In this document: positions 1 through 12,053 of the stretch, one piece after another
Layout: each line of letters opens with the position of its first letter
Position numbering within the stretch: the first letter of the stretch is position 1
Origin: Gammaproteobacteria bacterium
Lineage (GTDB): Bacteria > Pseudomonadota > Gammaproteobacteria > G965277405
DNA length: 64,000 nucleotides
Direction of reading: 5' to 3'
NCBI GenBank assembly: GCA_965277405.1
Contig: OZ255726.1
Coordinates: 1,312,001 to 1,376,000, forward strand
Program-made: the position numbers and the translations under genes
The notes under the pieces: generated by a model
Seen by the model: the letters and a program-made list of their open reading frames with translations, nothing else
Database searches by the model: none
What the model was told of the DNA's origin: nothing

Positions 1-214
1 CATGCCTTTGAATAGATTCTGCCAGCTCTTGTAACGCGTTTTCATCAAAATTACTGCGTGGTTGGAATTGATTGGGACGAATTTTTTCAAGAGGAATATT
101 ACGAACTTGATCAGTATCCGCGTCATTCGGAATATCTGTATTCAGACTTGCGTCGCTTAATAACGCATCAAGACCTCGACCAAGTTTTGATGATGATGTT
201 TTCTTGTTTACCAT
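1..214 (-). CDS. parB: ParB chromosome partitioning protein, N-terminal part (runs off window start)
   Basis: Not in ORF track. Manual minus-strand translation from ATG 214: MVNKKTSSSKLGRGLDALLS...IPLEKIRPNQFQPRSNFDENALQELAESIQRH, with the ParB LGRGL and P-QPR-FD motifs; AAGGA RBS upstream. Confidence 0.9.
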   Translation of the reverse strand, partial: MVNKKTSSSKLGRGLDALLSDASLNTDIPNDADTDQVRNIPLEKIRPNQFQPRSNFDENALQELAESIQRH

Positions 215-622
215 TGTTATCCTTTTGTATTCCCATCCAGCCTACGGGAATATCTGACATTTAAATTGAAGGTACAAGACAATACCAATTTTTTGAGTGA
301 ATAAAAGCAGCTGCATACAAAATGACTGTTTCGTTATTTTACAACTGGAGCAACACTATCTGGTGCCACAGTTACGCACCACACGCTCTGATAAAGTGTG
401 GCTATGGCAATACCATCAAAGTAATAGCGTATCCAACAATGCTTGACCGCATATCTACACTATTACAATCATTAGCAACTACAATCATTAGCAACCGCAT
501 GATGAGATAGGCTTACAGAGCTTCCACAAATCTCTCACGCCGCACCCAGTATAATGATACTTGTAGCTATTGAGTATTACGCTACACTAACTGCGCAACA
601 CCAGCCGTAAACTATCGTAACC

Positions 623-1891
623 ATGTGCGCCATGTCCACTATCAACACCAATGCCCTGCGTCAGTTGTTTAGCCAGTCCATATGCGAAATGTATCAACAT
701 GAAGTGCCGCAGTTTGCAACGCTGCGGACGCTGGTCAACACCACAAACGGTTCATTAAGCTGTATTGAACATGGGGCAATTCGTTTAGCCAATGCCGCTG
801 AGCTTAACAATATCCGTCGCTTGTTGGCAATGTTCGGTATGCTCCCTGTTGGCTATTATGACTTATCAATTGCTGATATTCCTGTCCACTCAACAGCATT
901 TCGCCCGATTGCAGCACACGATATTAGCCAAAACTCGCTGCGGATGTTTTGCTCGGTCATCCGTATGGATGTAATTGACGACCCTGCTCTGCGCGCAACA
1001 ATCAAAGCAACAGCTGCATTGCGCCATATTATCTCAACCGAACTTGAGCATTGGCTTGCATATTTTGAAGAACATGGAGCTATTCCACAAGCCCAAGCAA
1101 ACAACGTCGTTACCCTGGCAGTAGATACGTTTCGTTGGAATTCCCATGCGCTTATTGATGCCGCAACGTATCAAGCGTTGTATGACCAGCACCCACTACT
1201 AGCTGATATTGTGAGTTTCTCCCAGCCCCATATTAATCACTTAACCCCAGCAACCACAGATATTGACGCTTGTCAACAAGCGATGGAGCGGGCATTTAAC
1301 GGTAAAGTGAAGTCAAATATCGAAGGACCACCAGCAAGAAATATACCGATTTTATTGCGGCAAACCGCTTTTTTAGCATGTGCTGAAACAGCAACATTCA
1401 CCGACGGCACCACCTCACAGCATCGTGCTAGATTTGGTGAAATTGAGCAACGCGGCAGCGCTCTTACTCCAAAAGGCAGAGCGCTATATGATGAATGCCT
1501 GCATACCAGCCAGCAGTTGCAAGGAGCGGGGGCATCATACGTCGATGCATTGCACCAGGCGTTTATTAGATTTCCAGATGATATATTGGCTATGTTTCAG
1601 CAGCAACTTGGGTATTTTCATTATAGCCGTTGTCAAGATGGCGACATCAGCGATGTCCCTCAAGCAGTTGCCGACAATACTCTCGCAATTCAACCAATCG
1701 AGTATCAAGACTTTCTACCAGTGAGTGCAGCTGGAATTTTTTCATCAAACATCGGTAATCAACCGCAGCGTATCCACGCTGCCGACGCCGCACAACAAGA
1801 TTTTGAACAAGCTCTTGGCTGTGCCGTTATCGACCCATTCGTTGTATATGCCGCACAGCAACAAGCAAGTATCGATTGTCTTGTGCAATGA
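623..1891 (+). CDS. hglS: DUF1338 family 2-oxoadipate dioxygenase/decarboxylase (HglS/YdcJ)
   Basis: Motifs HGAIR, HSTAFRP, HINHLTP, EGPP-ILLRQT, RFGEIEQRG-ALTPKGR, DFLPVSAAGIF. Confidence 0.85.
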   Translation: MCAMSTINTNALRQLFSQSICEMYQHEVPQFATLRTLVNTTNGSLSCIEHGAIRLANAAELNNIRRLLAMFGMLPVGYYDLSIADIPVHSTAFRPIAAHDISQNSLRMFCSVIRMDVIDDPALRATIKATAALRHIISTELEHWLAYFEEHGAIPQAQANNVVTLAVDTFRWNSHALIDAATYQALYDQHPLLADIVSFSQPHINHLTPATTDIDACQQAMERAFNGKVKSNIEGPPARNIPILLRQTAFLACAETATFTDGTTSQHRARFGEIEQRGSALTPKGRALYDECLHTSQQLQGAGASYVDALHQAFIRFPDDILAMFQQQLGYFHYSRCQDGDISDVPQAVADNTLAIQPIEYQDFLPVSAAGIFSSNIGNQPQRIHAADAAQQDFEQALGCAVIDPFVVYAAQQQASIDCLVQ

Positions 1892-1966
1892 ACTTGTGAT
1901 TAACTCGCATTGCGTCTTAATTTTTGGATGAGATTAACCGACGACAATATGGCTGCAATGGCGCAT

Positions 1967-2012
1967 GCGTTTTTTCTCCGTCTCGCCCGTCATGGACTTA
2001 ATCAGAGCTTCC
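1967..2012 (+). repeat. MITE end fragment
   Basis: gcgttttttctccgtctcgcccgtcatggacttaatcagagcttcc followed by CTAA; matches the end of the 7101-7409 copy. Confidence 0.85.
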
Positions 2013-2022
2013 CTAACAGCAT

Positions 2023-3282
2023 TTACAGCAATGCCGTTGACAGCAATGGAAAATAACTGAGAAAAATCAGTACAATGGCGACAGCCAACAGGAAAGGCCA
2101 TAAGGATTTTAAGATTGTGCCAATAGGCGTATCGCTCATAACAGAGGTTATATACAGTCCAATTCCTACTGGCGGGGTAAGCAGCCCCAACACCAAATTT
2201 AGACAGATCACGACGCCAAATTGATACGGGTTGATGTGATAGGAATTCATCGCAATCGGCAGTAATATGGGTGTGAAGAGAATTACTGCCGCAATCCCAT
2301 CTATGAGCATGCCAACAAATAGCAGGATGAGGTTGACAATTAACAAGAATATAAATGGATCATGTGTCAATGTGGTTATTAAAGCAGCAAGTTGCTGCGG
2401 AATTGCTTCATAAATAATGACCCAGCCAAATACATTGGCAGCTGCGATCATAAAGATTATCATTGAGGCATGGGTGGCGGTGCGTTTAAAAATTTGCAAT
2501 AAATGATGTGGTTTTAATTCCTTATAGACTAGCCAGCCAATCAGAAAGGCAAGTAATGATGCAATCGCAGCAGATTCTGTCGGTGTCGAAATGCCACATA
2601 ATATGCCGCCAATAATTACAGCAGGTATCAAAGCAGCAGGCAAGGCATTGGTGATCGCCAACAAGGCCTTTCGCGGTGATAACCATTTACCTTGGGGAAA
2701 TTGCTGATGTAGTCCAATCAGGGTTATCACCACAAAAAAAATTGCTGCTAACATCAGTCCAGGAATTACACCTGCTAAAAACATGTCGCCAATTGGTATC
2801 TGAGCTAGAACACCATAAATAACCAACAGCATTGACGGTGGTATGACGGGGGCAAGCAGTCCGCCTGCCGCTGTAGTTGCAGCGGCAAATCCTCGACCAT
2901 AATTTTCTTTTACCATTTCCGGAACCATTGCTTGCGACATAACCGCTATTTGCGCGGTAGCAGAGCCGATTATGGCTGCCATAAACATATTTGTGAGCAG
3001 GTTGATATATGCTAAACCGCCACGAAAACCGCCGACAAATACCCTAGAAACATTAATTAACCGCGTGGTCATACCGCCTGCATTCATCAATTCGCCAGTA
3101 AGCATGAAAAGGGGAATAGCCATAAGTCCATAATTTTCTATGCCAGCAAACATTTGTTGAGCAAAGCTATCGAAAAGAACTAAGTTATTGCTTTCCAAAA
3201 TATACCAAATGGCGGTTAGAACTAATACCAGCGCCACGGGGACTGCGATGAATAAATTAAATGAAAAAATAAATAGCGTCAT
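2023..3282 (-). CDS. dctM: TRAP transporter large permease (DctM)
   Basis: AIPLFMLTGELM, GGLAYINLL, IPPSM, TPTESAA and LTPPVG motifs; many TM segments. Confidence 0.92.
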   Translation of the reverse strand: MTLFIFSFNLFIAVPVALVLVLTAIWYILESNNLVLFDSFAQQMFAGIENYGLMAIPLFMLTGELMNAGGMTTRLINVSRVFVGGFRGGLAYINLLTNMFMAAIIGSATAQIAVMSQAMVPEMVKENYGRGFAAATTAAGGLLAPVIPPSMLLVIYGVLAQIPIGDMFLAGVIPGLMLAAIFFVVITLIGLHQQFPQGKWLSPRKALLAITNALPAALIPAVIIGGILCGISTPTESAAIASLLAFLIGWLVYKELKPHHLLQIFKRTATHASMIIFMIAAANVFGWVIIYEAIPQQLAALITTLTHDPFIFLLIVNLILLFVGMLIDGIAAVILFTPILLPIAMNSYHINPYQFGVVICLNLVLGLLTPPVGIGLYITSVMSDTPIGTILKSLWPFLLAVAIVLIFLSYFPLLSTALL

Positions 3283-3824
3283 TTGCTATCACTTTTGTTG
3301 GGAAAATCATGTGAAAATTCAAGGAGATGCGCCAGGCTATGCAGTGTGGCGCCTAGCGCAAATTGCCACATTACTAGCCATATCGGGTATTTGCTGATGC
3401 CTAATGTCGAGGTTGGTTCAGCATAAACAAAATTAAAAGTTGTTCTTTGAAAAGTATCAAAGTCAAATTCGCTTTGAAATAAGGCAAGCGGAGAGAACCA
3501 GCGCCAGCAGCACCAAACCATGAATAGCGCAAAAACAAAGATTATTAAATCTACCAGTTTTGCAGTTATCCTGGCCATTTTTTGCGATAATAGGTCGGTT
3601 ACAACCGTGACGGAGATAGCTTGTCTATAATGTAAGGCTGCAGATGCTCCAAGAAATGTCATCCAGACCATGGTATAGATTGCCAACTCATCAACCCAAA
3701 ACAAGGCGGAACCGATGGTGCGGGTAATTACGTTTAGCAACATAAGTAGTGTTACTGCGCAGCAACAACTGGCGGAGCAGAATAATTCACATTTAGCCCA
3801 ATTTGCAGACGCTATGTTTAGCAT
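3279..3824 (-). CDS. dctQ: TRAP transporter small permease (DctQ)
   Basis: WVDELAIYTMVWMTFLGAS motif; lies between dctP and dctM; start moved to ATG 3824. Confidence 0.88.
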   Translation of the reverse strand: MLNIASANWAKCELFCSASCCCAVTLLMLLNVITRTIGSALFWVDELAIYTMVWMTFLGASAALHYRQAISVTVVTDLLSQKMARITAKLVDLIIFVFALFMVWCCWRWFSPLALFQSEFDFDTFQRTTFNFVYAEPTSTLGISKYPIWLVMWQFALGATLHSLAHLLEFSHDFPNKSDSK

Positions 3825-3893
3825 TGCAATGCTTCTCCAGACCAACTGGAGCACAAAATAGCATTGCACTCCAGCGGAAAATTAAGTTTACGC

Positions 3894-4898
<1,005 letters not shown>

Positions 4899-4923
4899 CT
4901 ATTTATAAGTTAATTGATGTGAT

Positions 4924-5466
4924 TTAAATTTTTACCCATCCTTTTGGAGGGTCTTTCCCTGGGTGAACTGTGCTGCAACTAGGGCAGGTTCGGTCTGACT
5001 TTGAAGCGTAGAAATTTTGATATATAGGCGGTAAATCGGCAACGATTGATTTGAGTTGCATCTCAGCACGATACACAAGCGAACTACAGTCAAAACAATA
5101 CCATTCAATTGCGTCTAGTTCTCCAGTTTGCCGCTTTGGCTCAACGACCATGCCAATCGAGCCTACTTGTGGACGCTGCGGTGAATGGCGAATATGCGCG
5201 GGGAGTAGAAAAATTTGTCCTTCTAGGATTGGCACATCATAAAATTCTTGGCCATCGTAGACTTTTAACACCATATCGCCTGCGAGTTGATAGAAAAATT
5301 CCTCAACTGGGTCATCGTGATAGTCGGTACGCTGATTTGGGCCGCCAACTATTGTAACCATAAGGTCAGCATCTTCCCAGATTTGCAGGTTACCAACAGG
5401 TGGTTGCAATAGATGCTTATGTTCGTCGATCCACCCCTGGAAGTTAAACGCGCTCAGTTTTTGCAT
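4924..5466 (-). CDS. nbaC: 3-hydroxyanthranilate 3,4-dioxygenase
   Basis: LQPPVGN, VGGPNQRTDYH--PVEEFFYQ, HSPQR; rubredoxin-like CFDC and CPSC. Confidence 0.95.
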   Translation of the reverse strand: MQKLSAFNFQGWIDEHKHLLQPPVGNLQIWEDADLMVTIVGGPNQRTDYHDDPVEEFFYQLAGDMVLKVYDGQEFYDVPILEGQIFLLPAHIRHSPQRPQVGSIGMVVEPKRQTGELDAIEWYCFDCSSLVYRAEMQLKSIVADLPPIYQNFYASKSDRTCPSCSTVHPGKDPPKGWVKI

Positions 5467-5494
5467 TTTTACTCTCCGAATTAATCTAAAATTG

Positions 5495-5526
5495 CTCCGT
5501 CTCGCCCATCATGGACTTACGCAGAG
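5495..5526 (+). repeat. MITE end fragment
   Basis: ctccgtctcgcccatcatggactta matches the MITE subterminal sequence. Confidence 0.7.
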
Positions 5527-5571
5527 ATAATGTTACTACAGTATTAGCAAAATAGCCAAAACCAGCTAGGT

Positions 5572-7008
5572 TTAACTTATAATCATTTTATGAGAAACAT
5601 TTTTAATGACGGTGTAGTGATGCAGCCCTTCTGCACCGCCTTCACGCCCATATCCACTGGATTTGACTCCGCCAAATGGCGTTTCTGGCAGTGAAGCCTC
5701 AAGCGTGTTGATGGAAAGGTTGCCAGTTTCAATACCTTGCACCATTTGGTCAACATTTGCTGATGAATGGGTAAAGCCGTATGCTGCAAGCCCAAAAGCT
5801 ACATTGTTGGCTGTATCAATAGCATCTTGAAGCGATGTGACTGGATTGATGATTGCGATTGGACCAAAAGGCTCTGCCTGCATGATTTTGGCATGATCTG
5901 GAACATTTGCTAGCACCGTCGGCGCAAAGAAATAACCTTTGTTGCCAATCCTGTTACCGCCTGTGAGGAGTTTTGCTCCTGCTGCGACGGCATCCTCAAC
6001 TAGGTTTTCCATCGCTTGTAAGCGGCGGGCATTGGCAACAGGTCCCATCTGCGTTGTATCTTTGAGACCATTGCCAACCACTATCGACTCAGCTTTAACA
6101 ACAAAGCTGTTACTAAATGCATTAAAATGATCGTGATTGACCAAAAAGCGAGTAGGGGAGGTGCAGACTTGCCCAACACTACGATATTTACGACTTGCAC
6201 AAATCTGCGCAACTTTAATCGGGTCAACATCATCACATATAATCACTGGGGCATGTCCACCGAGTTCCATTAACACTGGCGTCATATGTTTTGATGCTAG
6301 CTTGGTTAGGTGCATCCCAACAGCGGTTGAGCCTGTGAAGGCAACGAGTCTAATTTTGACTTGCGGAATGAGATACTCTGAAATTTGGGATGGCACACCA
6401 AATATTAAATTTAATACACCATCTGGCAGCCCTGCTTGTTGAAAGGCTTGGGCAATATACACGGCACCTGCTGGCGTCTCTTCTGCAGCTTTTAGAATAA
6501 CAGAGCAGCCAGTGGCAAGGGAGCCTGCAATTTTGCGAGCGGGCTGACTCATGGGAAAATTCCACGGTGAAAATGCTGCAACTATACCAATTGGCTGTCT
6601 TAAAACTGTGTGGTTAATACCTGGTGCACTGGGGATGGTGCGACCATACAGCCGTTGACATTCACCAGCATCCCACTCCAAAAACTCACAGCCACGCACA
6701 ACCTCAAGCTGCGCCTCCTTAAAAGTTTTACCATGCTCTAAGGTGATGGAGCATGCTATTTCATCTTGGTTTTTGCGGATGATATCAGCGGCACGGATGA
6801 TGACCTCACTTCTTTTTCTAGGTGAAGTTTTACTCCAAACATTAAATCCATGTGTTGCAGCTGCAAGTGCATCGTCAAGATCAGTTGGTTTTGCAATTGG
6901 CACGCTGCCAATTATGGTTTCATCTGCTGGGTTTATTACAGGTAAAGTCTCAGTAGTTGAGCGCCATTTCCCGCCAATATAGAGTTTTATTTGTGGATAA
7001 TTTGCCAT
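5572..7008 (-). CDS. NAD-dependent aldehyde dehydrogenase (SSADH/KGSADH-like)
   Basis: PWNFP, FTGSTAVG, ELGGHAP, catalytic GQVC, EPFGP, PFGGVKSSGYGREGG. Confidence 0.9.
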   Translation of the reverse strand: MANYPQIKLYIGGKWRSTTETLPVINPADETIIGSVPIAKPTDLDDALAAATHGFNVWSKTSPRKRSEVIIRAADIIRKNQDEIACSITLEHGKTFKEAQLEVVRGCEFLEWDAGECQRLYGRTIPSAPGINHTVLRQPIGIVAAFSPWNFPMSQPARKIAGSLATGCSVILKAAEETPAGAVYIAQAFQQAGLPDGVLNLIFGVPSQISEYLIPQVKIRLVAFTGSTAVGMHLTKLASKHMTPVLMELGGHAPVIICDDVDPIKVAQICASRKYRSVGQVCTSPTRFLVNHDHFNAFSNSFVVKAESIVVGNGLKDTTQMGPVANARRLQAMENLVEDAVAAGAKLLTGGNRIGNKGYFFAPTVLANVPDHAKIMQAEPFGPIAIINPVTSLQDAIDTANNVAFGLAAYGFTHSSANVDQMVQGIETGNLSINTLEASLPETPFGGVKSSGYGREGGAEGLHHYTVIKNVSHKMIIS

Positions 7009-7100
7009 GATTTAATTTCGTATCGCTAGTATTACAAAATGCAGTGAGACGATAGCACTTAATTTGGTGAAAAAGCGTATTGACTATGAGGTTCCATAGG

Positions 7101-7409
7101 GGAACCTCTGATTAAGTCGCTGAAGGAGCGAGTTTGCCTACAATTGCTGATGATTGCAAGGCGCAAATGCTGATGATTGCAAGGCGCAAACCGCTAAGCG
7201 CATGCCGTAGCATATACGCCAAGGGATGCAACACAGCAAGTACCGCTTGTAGGCAAACCATCATATATTCAATAGAAGGACGGGAAAAAACGCTGCGCTA
7301 ACGTCGTTGCAGCACTTGATAATACCACCAGTATTATCTGCGCACTGCGTCTAGTTATCATCAGCGTTTTTTCTCCGTCTCGCCCATCATGGAATTAATC
7401 AGAGCTTCC
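7101..7409 (+). mobile_element. MITE, full copy (309 bp including a 23-bp internal tandem duplication)
   Basis: TIRs ggaacctctgattaag / attaatcagagcttcc; ATAGG on both flanks; homologous to copies at 26269, 38242 and 61297. Confidence 0.9.
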
Positions 7410-7595
7410 ATAGGGCTAAAAACACAAAAAAGGGAGTGCTGTTACGTCGTTGCAAATAATTCATGCATAAAACTTGGTAAATATAGCGAAAATATGCGCA
7501 AAATATGGCAACGTTCGTTGCTATGTTGCTTTCTTAACAGCTAGTGTTTTATTGCATCGCAAAATACGTAGTATGGCATATTTTTGGAACAGCGC

Positions 7596-8228
7596 ATGAC
7601 TATACAACTTGGCGATAGCGTTCCTGATTTTACTCAGGAATCCACTGCAGGTCCTATTTCCTTTCATCAATGGCTTGGTGATAGCTGGGGTATTTTATTT
7701 TCTCATCCAAAAGATTTCACCCCAGTGTGCACCACTGAGCTTGGTGAAGTGGCGCGGTTAAAGCCTGAATTTGATAAACGCGATGTCAAAGCGATTGGCT
7801 TGTCAGTAGACACTCTGGCAGACCACCACAAATGGGCAGGAGACATTGAAGAAACACAAGGACACGCTTTGAATTTTCCACTTGTTGCAGATGCTGATCG
7901 CAGCGTTGCTGACCTATACGGAATGATTCACCAAAATGCCGACAACACCCTAACAGTACGCGCGGTATTTGTGATTGACCACAATAAAAAATTGCGGCTA
8001 ACATTGACATATCCAGCGAGTACTGGTCGCAACTTCCAAGAAATATTACGCGCAATTGACAGCTTACAACTCACCGACAACTATAAAGTTGCTACCCCTG
8101 TTAATTGGAAAGAAGGCGATGATGTGATTATCGTTCCTGCAGTCTCAGATGAAGATGCCAAAACACTATTCCCGCAAGGTTGGCAAACGATAAAGCCATA
8201 TTTACGTGTTACCTCATTACACAAATAG
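7596..8228 (+). CDS. 1-Cys peroxiredoxin (Prx6/LsfA-like)
   Basis: FSHPKDFTPVCTTELG, YPASTGRNF-EILR, ATPVNW; ATG 7596. Confidence 0.93.
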   Translation: MTIQLGDSVPDFTQESTAGPISFHQWLGDSWGILFSHPKDFTPVCTTELGEVARLKPEFDKRDVKAIGLSVDTLADHHKWAGDIEETQGHALNFPLVADADRSVADLYGMIHQNADNTLTVRAVFVIDHNKKLRLTLTYPASTGRNFQEILRAIDSLQLTDNYKVATPVNWKEGDDVIIVPAVSDEDAKTLFPQGWQTIKPYLRVTSLHK

Positions 8229-8421
8229 CTGCTGATCTGATGAGTCTTGTATAGCTGCGATCAGCAACTACTGGATGTATGGACTGGATGTATGGATTGT
8301 CTGTATGCGTTAGTATTTGCTGATACAAATTTTGGTGAAACTGCAGCGTGCCAGCGCGTTATTGCTGGCTATAAAAAAAGTCGATACGTGTGGAAAACAG
8401 CAGCAGCGGCTGTATCTTTAT

Positions 8422-8486
8422 GGAAGCTCTGATTAAGTCCATGATCGGCGAGGCGGAGGAAAGTCAGCGATTTAAGTAGAGCTTCC
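8422..8486 (-). mobile_element. Minimal internally deleted MITE (65 bp)
   Basis: Both ends kept (ggaagctctgattaagtccatgatc ... atttaagtagagcttcc); flanks TTAT/CTAT. Confidence 0.8.
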
Positions 8487-8505
8487 CTATAGTTTGTCTA
8501 GCTGT

Positions 8506-9951
8506 TTACATTGTTTCAAGTATTTTTATCGCTTCTTGTATTTGCTCACGCCGATATTGCAGCTGTGCCTTAAGTATGCTTGACTTGGATTCAACCTTAG
8601 CTTGTTTGAGCATTGTCAATGCTCTTTTGTATTCGCCATAACTAATCAATAGCTCTGCTTCGCTCCAATAGGCTTTGTCAATTTGTTGGGTTTTCTGCCA
8701 GCCTTGTTGGAGTAATTCCCATACTAGTACGTCGTTGGGGCGGGTGCGTAATACTGGCATTAGTGTTTTTTCAATCCGCTGATACTGTTTTGTTGTGCGC
8801 AATAACTGCGCCAAGCGGATACGCAATGGGTAGCTTTGTGGGTTGAAGCGTAACTGCTGCTGGAGTAATTGTTCTGCTGATGTAAATTCCTGTTGCTCTA
8901 TAAATAGTTGCGCGCGCAACAATTGCACCGTTTGTGCAAATGGCCAGCGTTTAGACAATGGCGCCAATGCTTTTTCTGCTTGTTGGTGCGCGCCAGTTGC
9001 CATCAATACCCGTGCGTATATATATTGCCACGCTACGGATTCTGGTTGTTGCATGTCATCTGCATCTTGCAGTGCTGGTTTTTTGCCAAGAACCCATGCT
9101 AATTGGCTGCGCGGCTGTATGACTGCCATTTCGACGCGTGCTTTAGTAAAATAGAAGGCTTGCATTGGCTGTGACTTGGTTACTGCATACTGCAGCAGCA
9201 AATTTCTCACATTACCAATACGTTCAACTGTTAGCGGGTGGGTAAGCAAAAATGCAGGGGCTAAGACATCACCACTATTGAGCAACATGCGCTCAAGAAA
9301 TGTCATAAATGCAGCAGGATTGCGCCCACTTTGCGACAAGATACGCACAGCGATGGCATCTGCCTCTATCTCGTTTTGCCGCGTTATGGTAAGTGCTGTT
9401 TGAGCTTGTGCTGCACTCGTAGCAGCAACCCCACCAATACCTGCGCTCATATTTCCTGTGAGCAAGAAACCTATACTTGCCAGCAGTGCTGCGTTATACA
9501 TTGTTTGCTTTTGTTGTTGGCTATATATAAGTTCGTTGGTGTGCTGTTGACTTAAATGGGCAATCTCATGCGCTAATACACTCGCAAGTTCGTCTTCTGA
9601 TTGACTATGCAACAACAAACCGCTGTTGACTCCAATACCGCCACCAAACAACGCAAACGCGTTAATTTGATTATCATTGATTAAATGGACGTATAGCCTA
9701 GGGTTTTCTAAGTCGCTATACACCGCTAGCTGCGCCACTAAATTATCTAAATACACTCTTGTTTCGATGCTTTTCTCGTCGACATCCAAGCTGTTGCGGA
9801 TGCGTTGAAACAGGTAGCTGCCTATTATTTTTTGCTTTTGTGCGGGAAACAGCGTGAATTGATGTTGCTGAAGCGTAGGTAGTTTGGTTTTACCCAATGC
9901 TGTGAAGGTAATACTACACAGTAACAGCGCACAAAATATACGCATCGTCAA
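8506..9951 (-). CDS. bepA: M48 metalloprotease with TPR domain (BepA/YfgC-like)
   Basis: Signal peptide, INAFA, HEIAH zinc motif, EIEAD, LLTHP--ERI, C-terminal TPR-like helices. Confidence 0.85.
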   Translation of the reverse strand: MTMRIFCALLLCSITFTALGKTKLPTLQQHQFTLFPAQKQKIIGSYLFQRIRNSLDVDEKSIETRVYLDNLVAQLAVYSDLENPRLYVHLINDNQINAFALFGGGIGVNSGLLLHSQSEDELASVLAHEIAHLSQQHTNELIYSQQQKQTMYNAALLASIGFLLTGNMSAGIGGVAATSAAQAQTALTITRQNEIEADAIAVRILSQSGRNPAAFMTFLERMLLNSGDVLAPAFLLTHPLTVERIGNVRNLLLQYAVTKSQPMQAFYFTKARVEMAVIQPRSQLAWVLGKKPALQDADDMQQPESVAWQYIYARVLMATGAHQQAEKALAPLSKRWPFAQTVQLLRAQLFIEQQEFTSAEQLLQQQLRFNPQSYPLRIRLAQLLRTTKQYQRIEKTLMPVLRTRPNDVLVWELLQQGWQKTQQIDKAYWSEAELLISYGEYKRALTMLKQAKVESKSSILKAQLQYRREQIQEAIKILETM

Positions 9952-11957
9952 CTGACCGCAACAAATCGTTGTTTCAAGATATGAATTTGATCACGGTACC
10001 ATGATGCTTGTTCAAACTCGAGCTGTTGCGCGGCATGGTGCATTTTTTCTTCAAGTTTGGTAATTTCTTGATGAATTTGCACATCAGTCATTTTGTTATA
10101 ATTCGTAGCTGCAGTTGCAGTATTGGTTGCTGCACCGTTGTAGCTTTGTCCAATATCTAACATGTCATCAATCGGTTTTTCAATTTGACGCGGTGTGATA
10201 TTATGCTGCTTATTGAATGCTGTTTGACAGGCTCTTCTGCGGTCGGTTTCATCAATTGCTCGCTGCATCGAATTTGTTATTTTATCTGCATACAAAATAA
10301 CACGACCGTGTAAGTTGCGCGATGCTCTGCCCATTGTTTGCACTAGCGAGCGTTCCGAACGGAGAAATCCTTCTTTATCTGCATCCAGAATTGCCACTAA
10401 TGCGACTTCGGGAATATCTAAACCTTCGCGCAATAAATTGATGCCAATCAACACATCAAACACAGCCATGCGCAGGTCTCTGATAATTGCTACGCGCTCG
10501 ACGGTTTCGATGTCTGAGTGCAAATACCGCGCTCTAATTTTTTGCTCAGCAAAATATTCTGACAAATCTTCTGCCATGCGTTTGGTTAATGTTGTAACCA
10601 ATACACGTTGTTTTTTTTCGCTGCAGACACGGACTTCAGATAACAAGTCATCTACCTGCTCGCTAGCAGGACGAATGACAATTTCAGGCTCTACTATTCC
10701 TGTAGGACGAACGAGCTGTTCTACAATTTGGTCGCTGTTTTGCGCTTCATAGTCGCCTGGTGTTGCAGAAATAAAAATACGTTGCAAAGAAAATTCTTCC
10801 CATTCTTCAAAGCGTAGCGGCCTATTGTCCAGCGCCGATGGCAGCCGAAACCCGTATTCTACTAATGTTTCTTTTCTAGATCGATCGCCTTTATACATTC
10901 CGCCAATTTGTGGGACTGTAACGTGGGATTCATCGATTAAAATCAATGTGTCTTTTGGCAAATAATCATACAGCGTTGGTGGCGCGTCGCCGCTTTTTCT
11001 ACCAGAAAGATAGCGTGAATAATTTTCTATTCCAGCACAATATCCAAGTTCACGAATCATTTCAATATCATATCTGCAGCGCTGCTCAAGCCTTTGTGCC
11101 TCCACAAGGTGATGCTCTGCACGCAGTATTGTGAGTTGCTGCGCCAGCTCAGCCTCTATCAATTCAATGGCGTTCAACAACGTTTGCCGTTCAGTCACAT
11201 AATGGGTTTTTGGGTAAATCGTGCAGCGAGGTAGGTCGTGAATAACTTGCCCAGTTAATGGGTCGATAAAGCGCAGGCTTTCGACTTCATCATCAAATAG
11301 TGATATGCGAATCGCTTCGCGGTCGGATTCAGCTGGAAACACGTCGATGTTTTCACCGCGTACGCGGTAAGTGCCGCGATCAAAACCCACGTCATTGCGT
11401 TTATACTGTAATTCACTCAACCTGCGTACTATTTTACGTTGGTCAATGATTTCGCCAACACTGAGATGTAACATCATCTTTAAATATTGCTCGGGTGAGC
11501 CCAAACCATAAATAGAAGATACGGTAGAAACAATAATCGTGTCTGGACGTTCTAATAACGCCTTGGTCGCCGAAAGCCGCATTTGTTCAATATGCTTGTT
11601 TACCGAAGCATCTTTATCTATAAAAGTATCAGATGCTGGGACGTATGCCTCTGGTTGATAGTAGTCATAATAACTGACGAAATACTCCACAGCGTTATTT
11701 GGAAAAAACGACTTGAATTCTCGGTATAGTTGTGCAGCTAAGGTCTTATTGTGCGCCATTATAATTGCTGGACGTTGCAGATCCATTAGCATATGGGCGA
11801 GGGTGAATGTTTTTCCTGAGCCAGTGACGCCAAGCAAGGTCTGGTGCGCAAGTCCGCTGTTAATACCATCCACTAACTGCGCGATTGCAGCGGGCTGATC
11901 TCCAGAAGGTTTAAACGGTGCGTGAACGCGTAATTGGTATCGTAAGGGGTCTACCAT
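9948..11957 (-). CDS. uvrB: Excinuclease ABC subunit B
   Basis: [42 protein letters not shown]-terminal UVR domain; homology starts near ATG 11957. Confidence 0.97.
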   Translation of the reverse strand: MVDPLRYQLRVHAPFKPSGDQPAAIAQLVDGINSGLAHQTLLGVTGSGKTFTLAHMLMDLQRPAIIMAHNKTLAAQLYREFKSFFPNNAVEYFVSYYDYYQPEAYVPASDTFIDKDASVNKHIEQMRLSATKALLERPDTIIVSTVSSIYGLGSPEQYLKMMLHLSVGEIIDQRKIVRRLSELQYKRNDVGFDRGTYRVRGENIDVFPAESDREAIRISLFDDEVESLRFIDPLTGQVIHDLPRCTIYPKTHYVTERQTLLNAIELIEAELAQQLTILRAEHHLVEAQRLEQRCRYDIEMIRELGYCAGIENYSRYLSGRKSGDAPPTLYDYLPKDTLILIDESHVTVPQIGGMYKGDRSRKETLVEYGFRLPSALDNRPLRFEEWEEFSLQRIFISATPGDYEAQNSDQIVEQLVRPTGIVEPEIVIRPASEQVDDLLSEVRVCSEKKQRVLVTTLTKRMAEDLSEYFAEQKIRARYLHSDIETVERVAIIRDLRMAVFDVLIGINLLREGLDIPEVALVAILDADKEGFLRSERSLVQTMGRASRNLHGRVILYADKITNSMQRAIDETDRRRACQTAFNKQHNITPRQIEKPIDDMLDIGQSYNGAATNTATAATNYNKMTDVQIHQEITKLEEKMHHAAQQLEFEQASWYRDQIHILKQRFVAVS

Positions 11958-12053
11958 AAAGTAGTAAATTGCGCTGTATATAAGGAAGTTTTGAAAAATA
12001 TCAAAATAACACGCTTTTAATGTTGCGTTGCACAAAAAACATATTATTATCCT

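Noticed and set aside
58-510. Small plus-strand ORFs 58-264 and 322-510
   Set aside because: The first is antisense to parB; the second has no RBS or motif support.
511-525. TIR-like words (also near 32845-32862, 32976-32991 and 34174-34187)
   Set aside because: Too short and degenerate to separate from chance; possibly old MITE scars.
7084-7099. CTATG-N6-CATAG as a LysR-type site upstream of the ALDH
   Set aside because: Only 5-bp arms, overlaps the MITE flank, and no regulator gene is nearby.
11971-11990. LexA box upstream of uvrB
   Set aside because: CTGTATATA is present but the closing CAG half-site is missing; none was seen before uvrA either.
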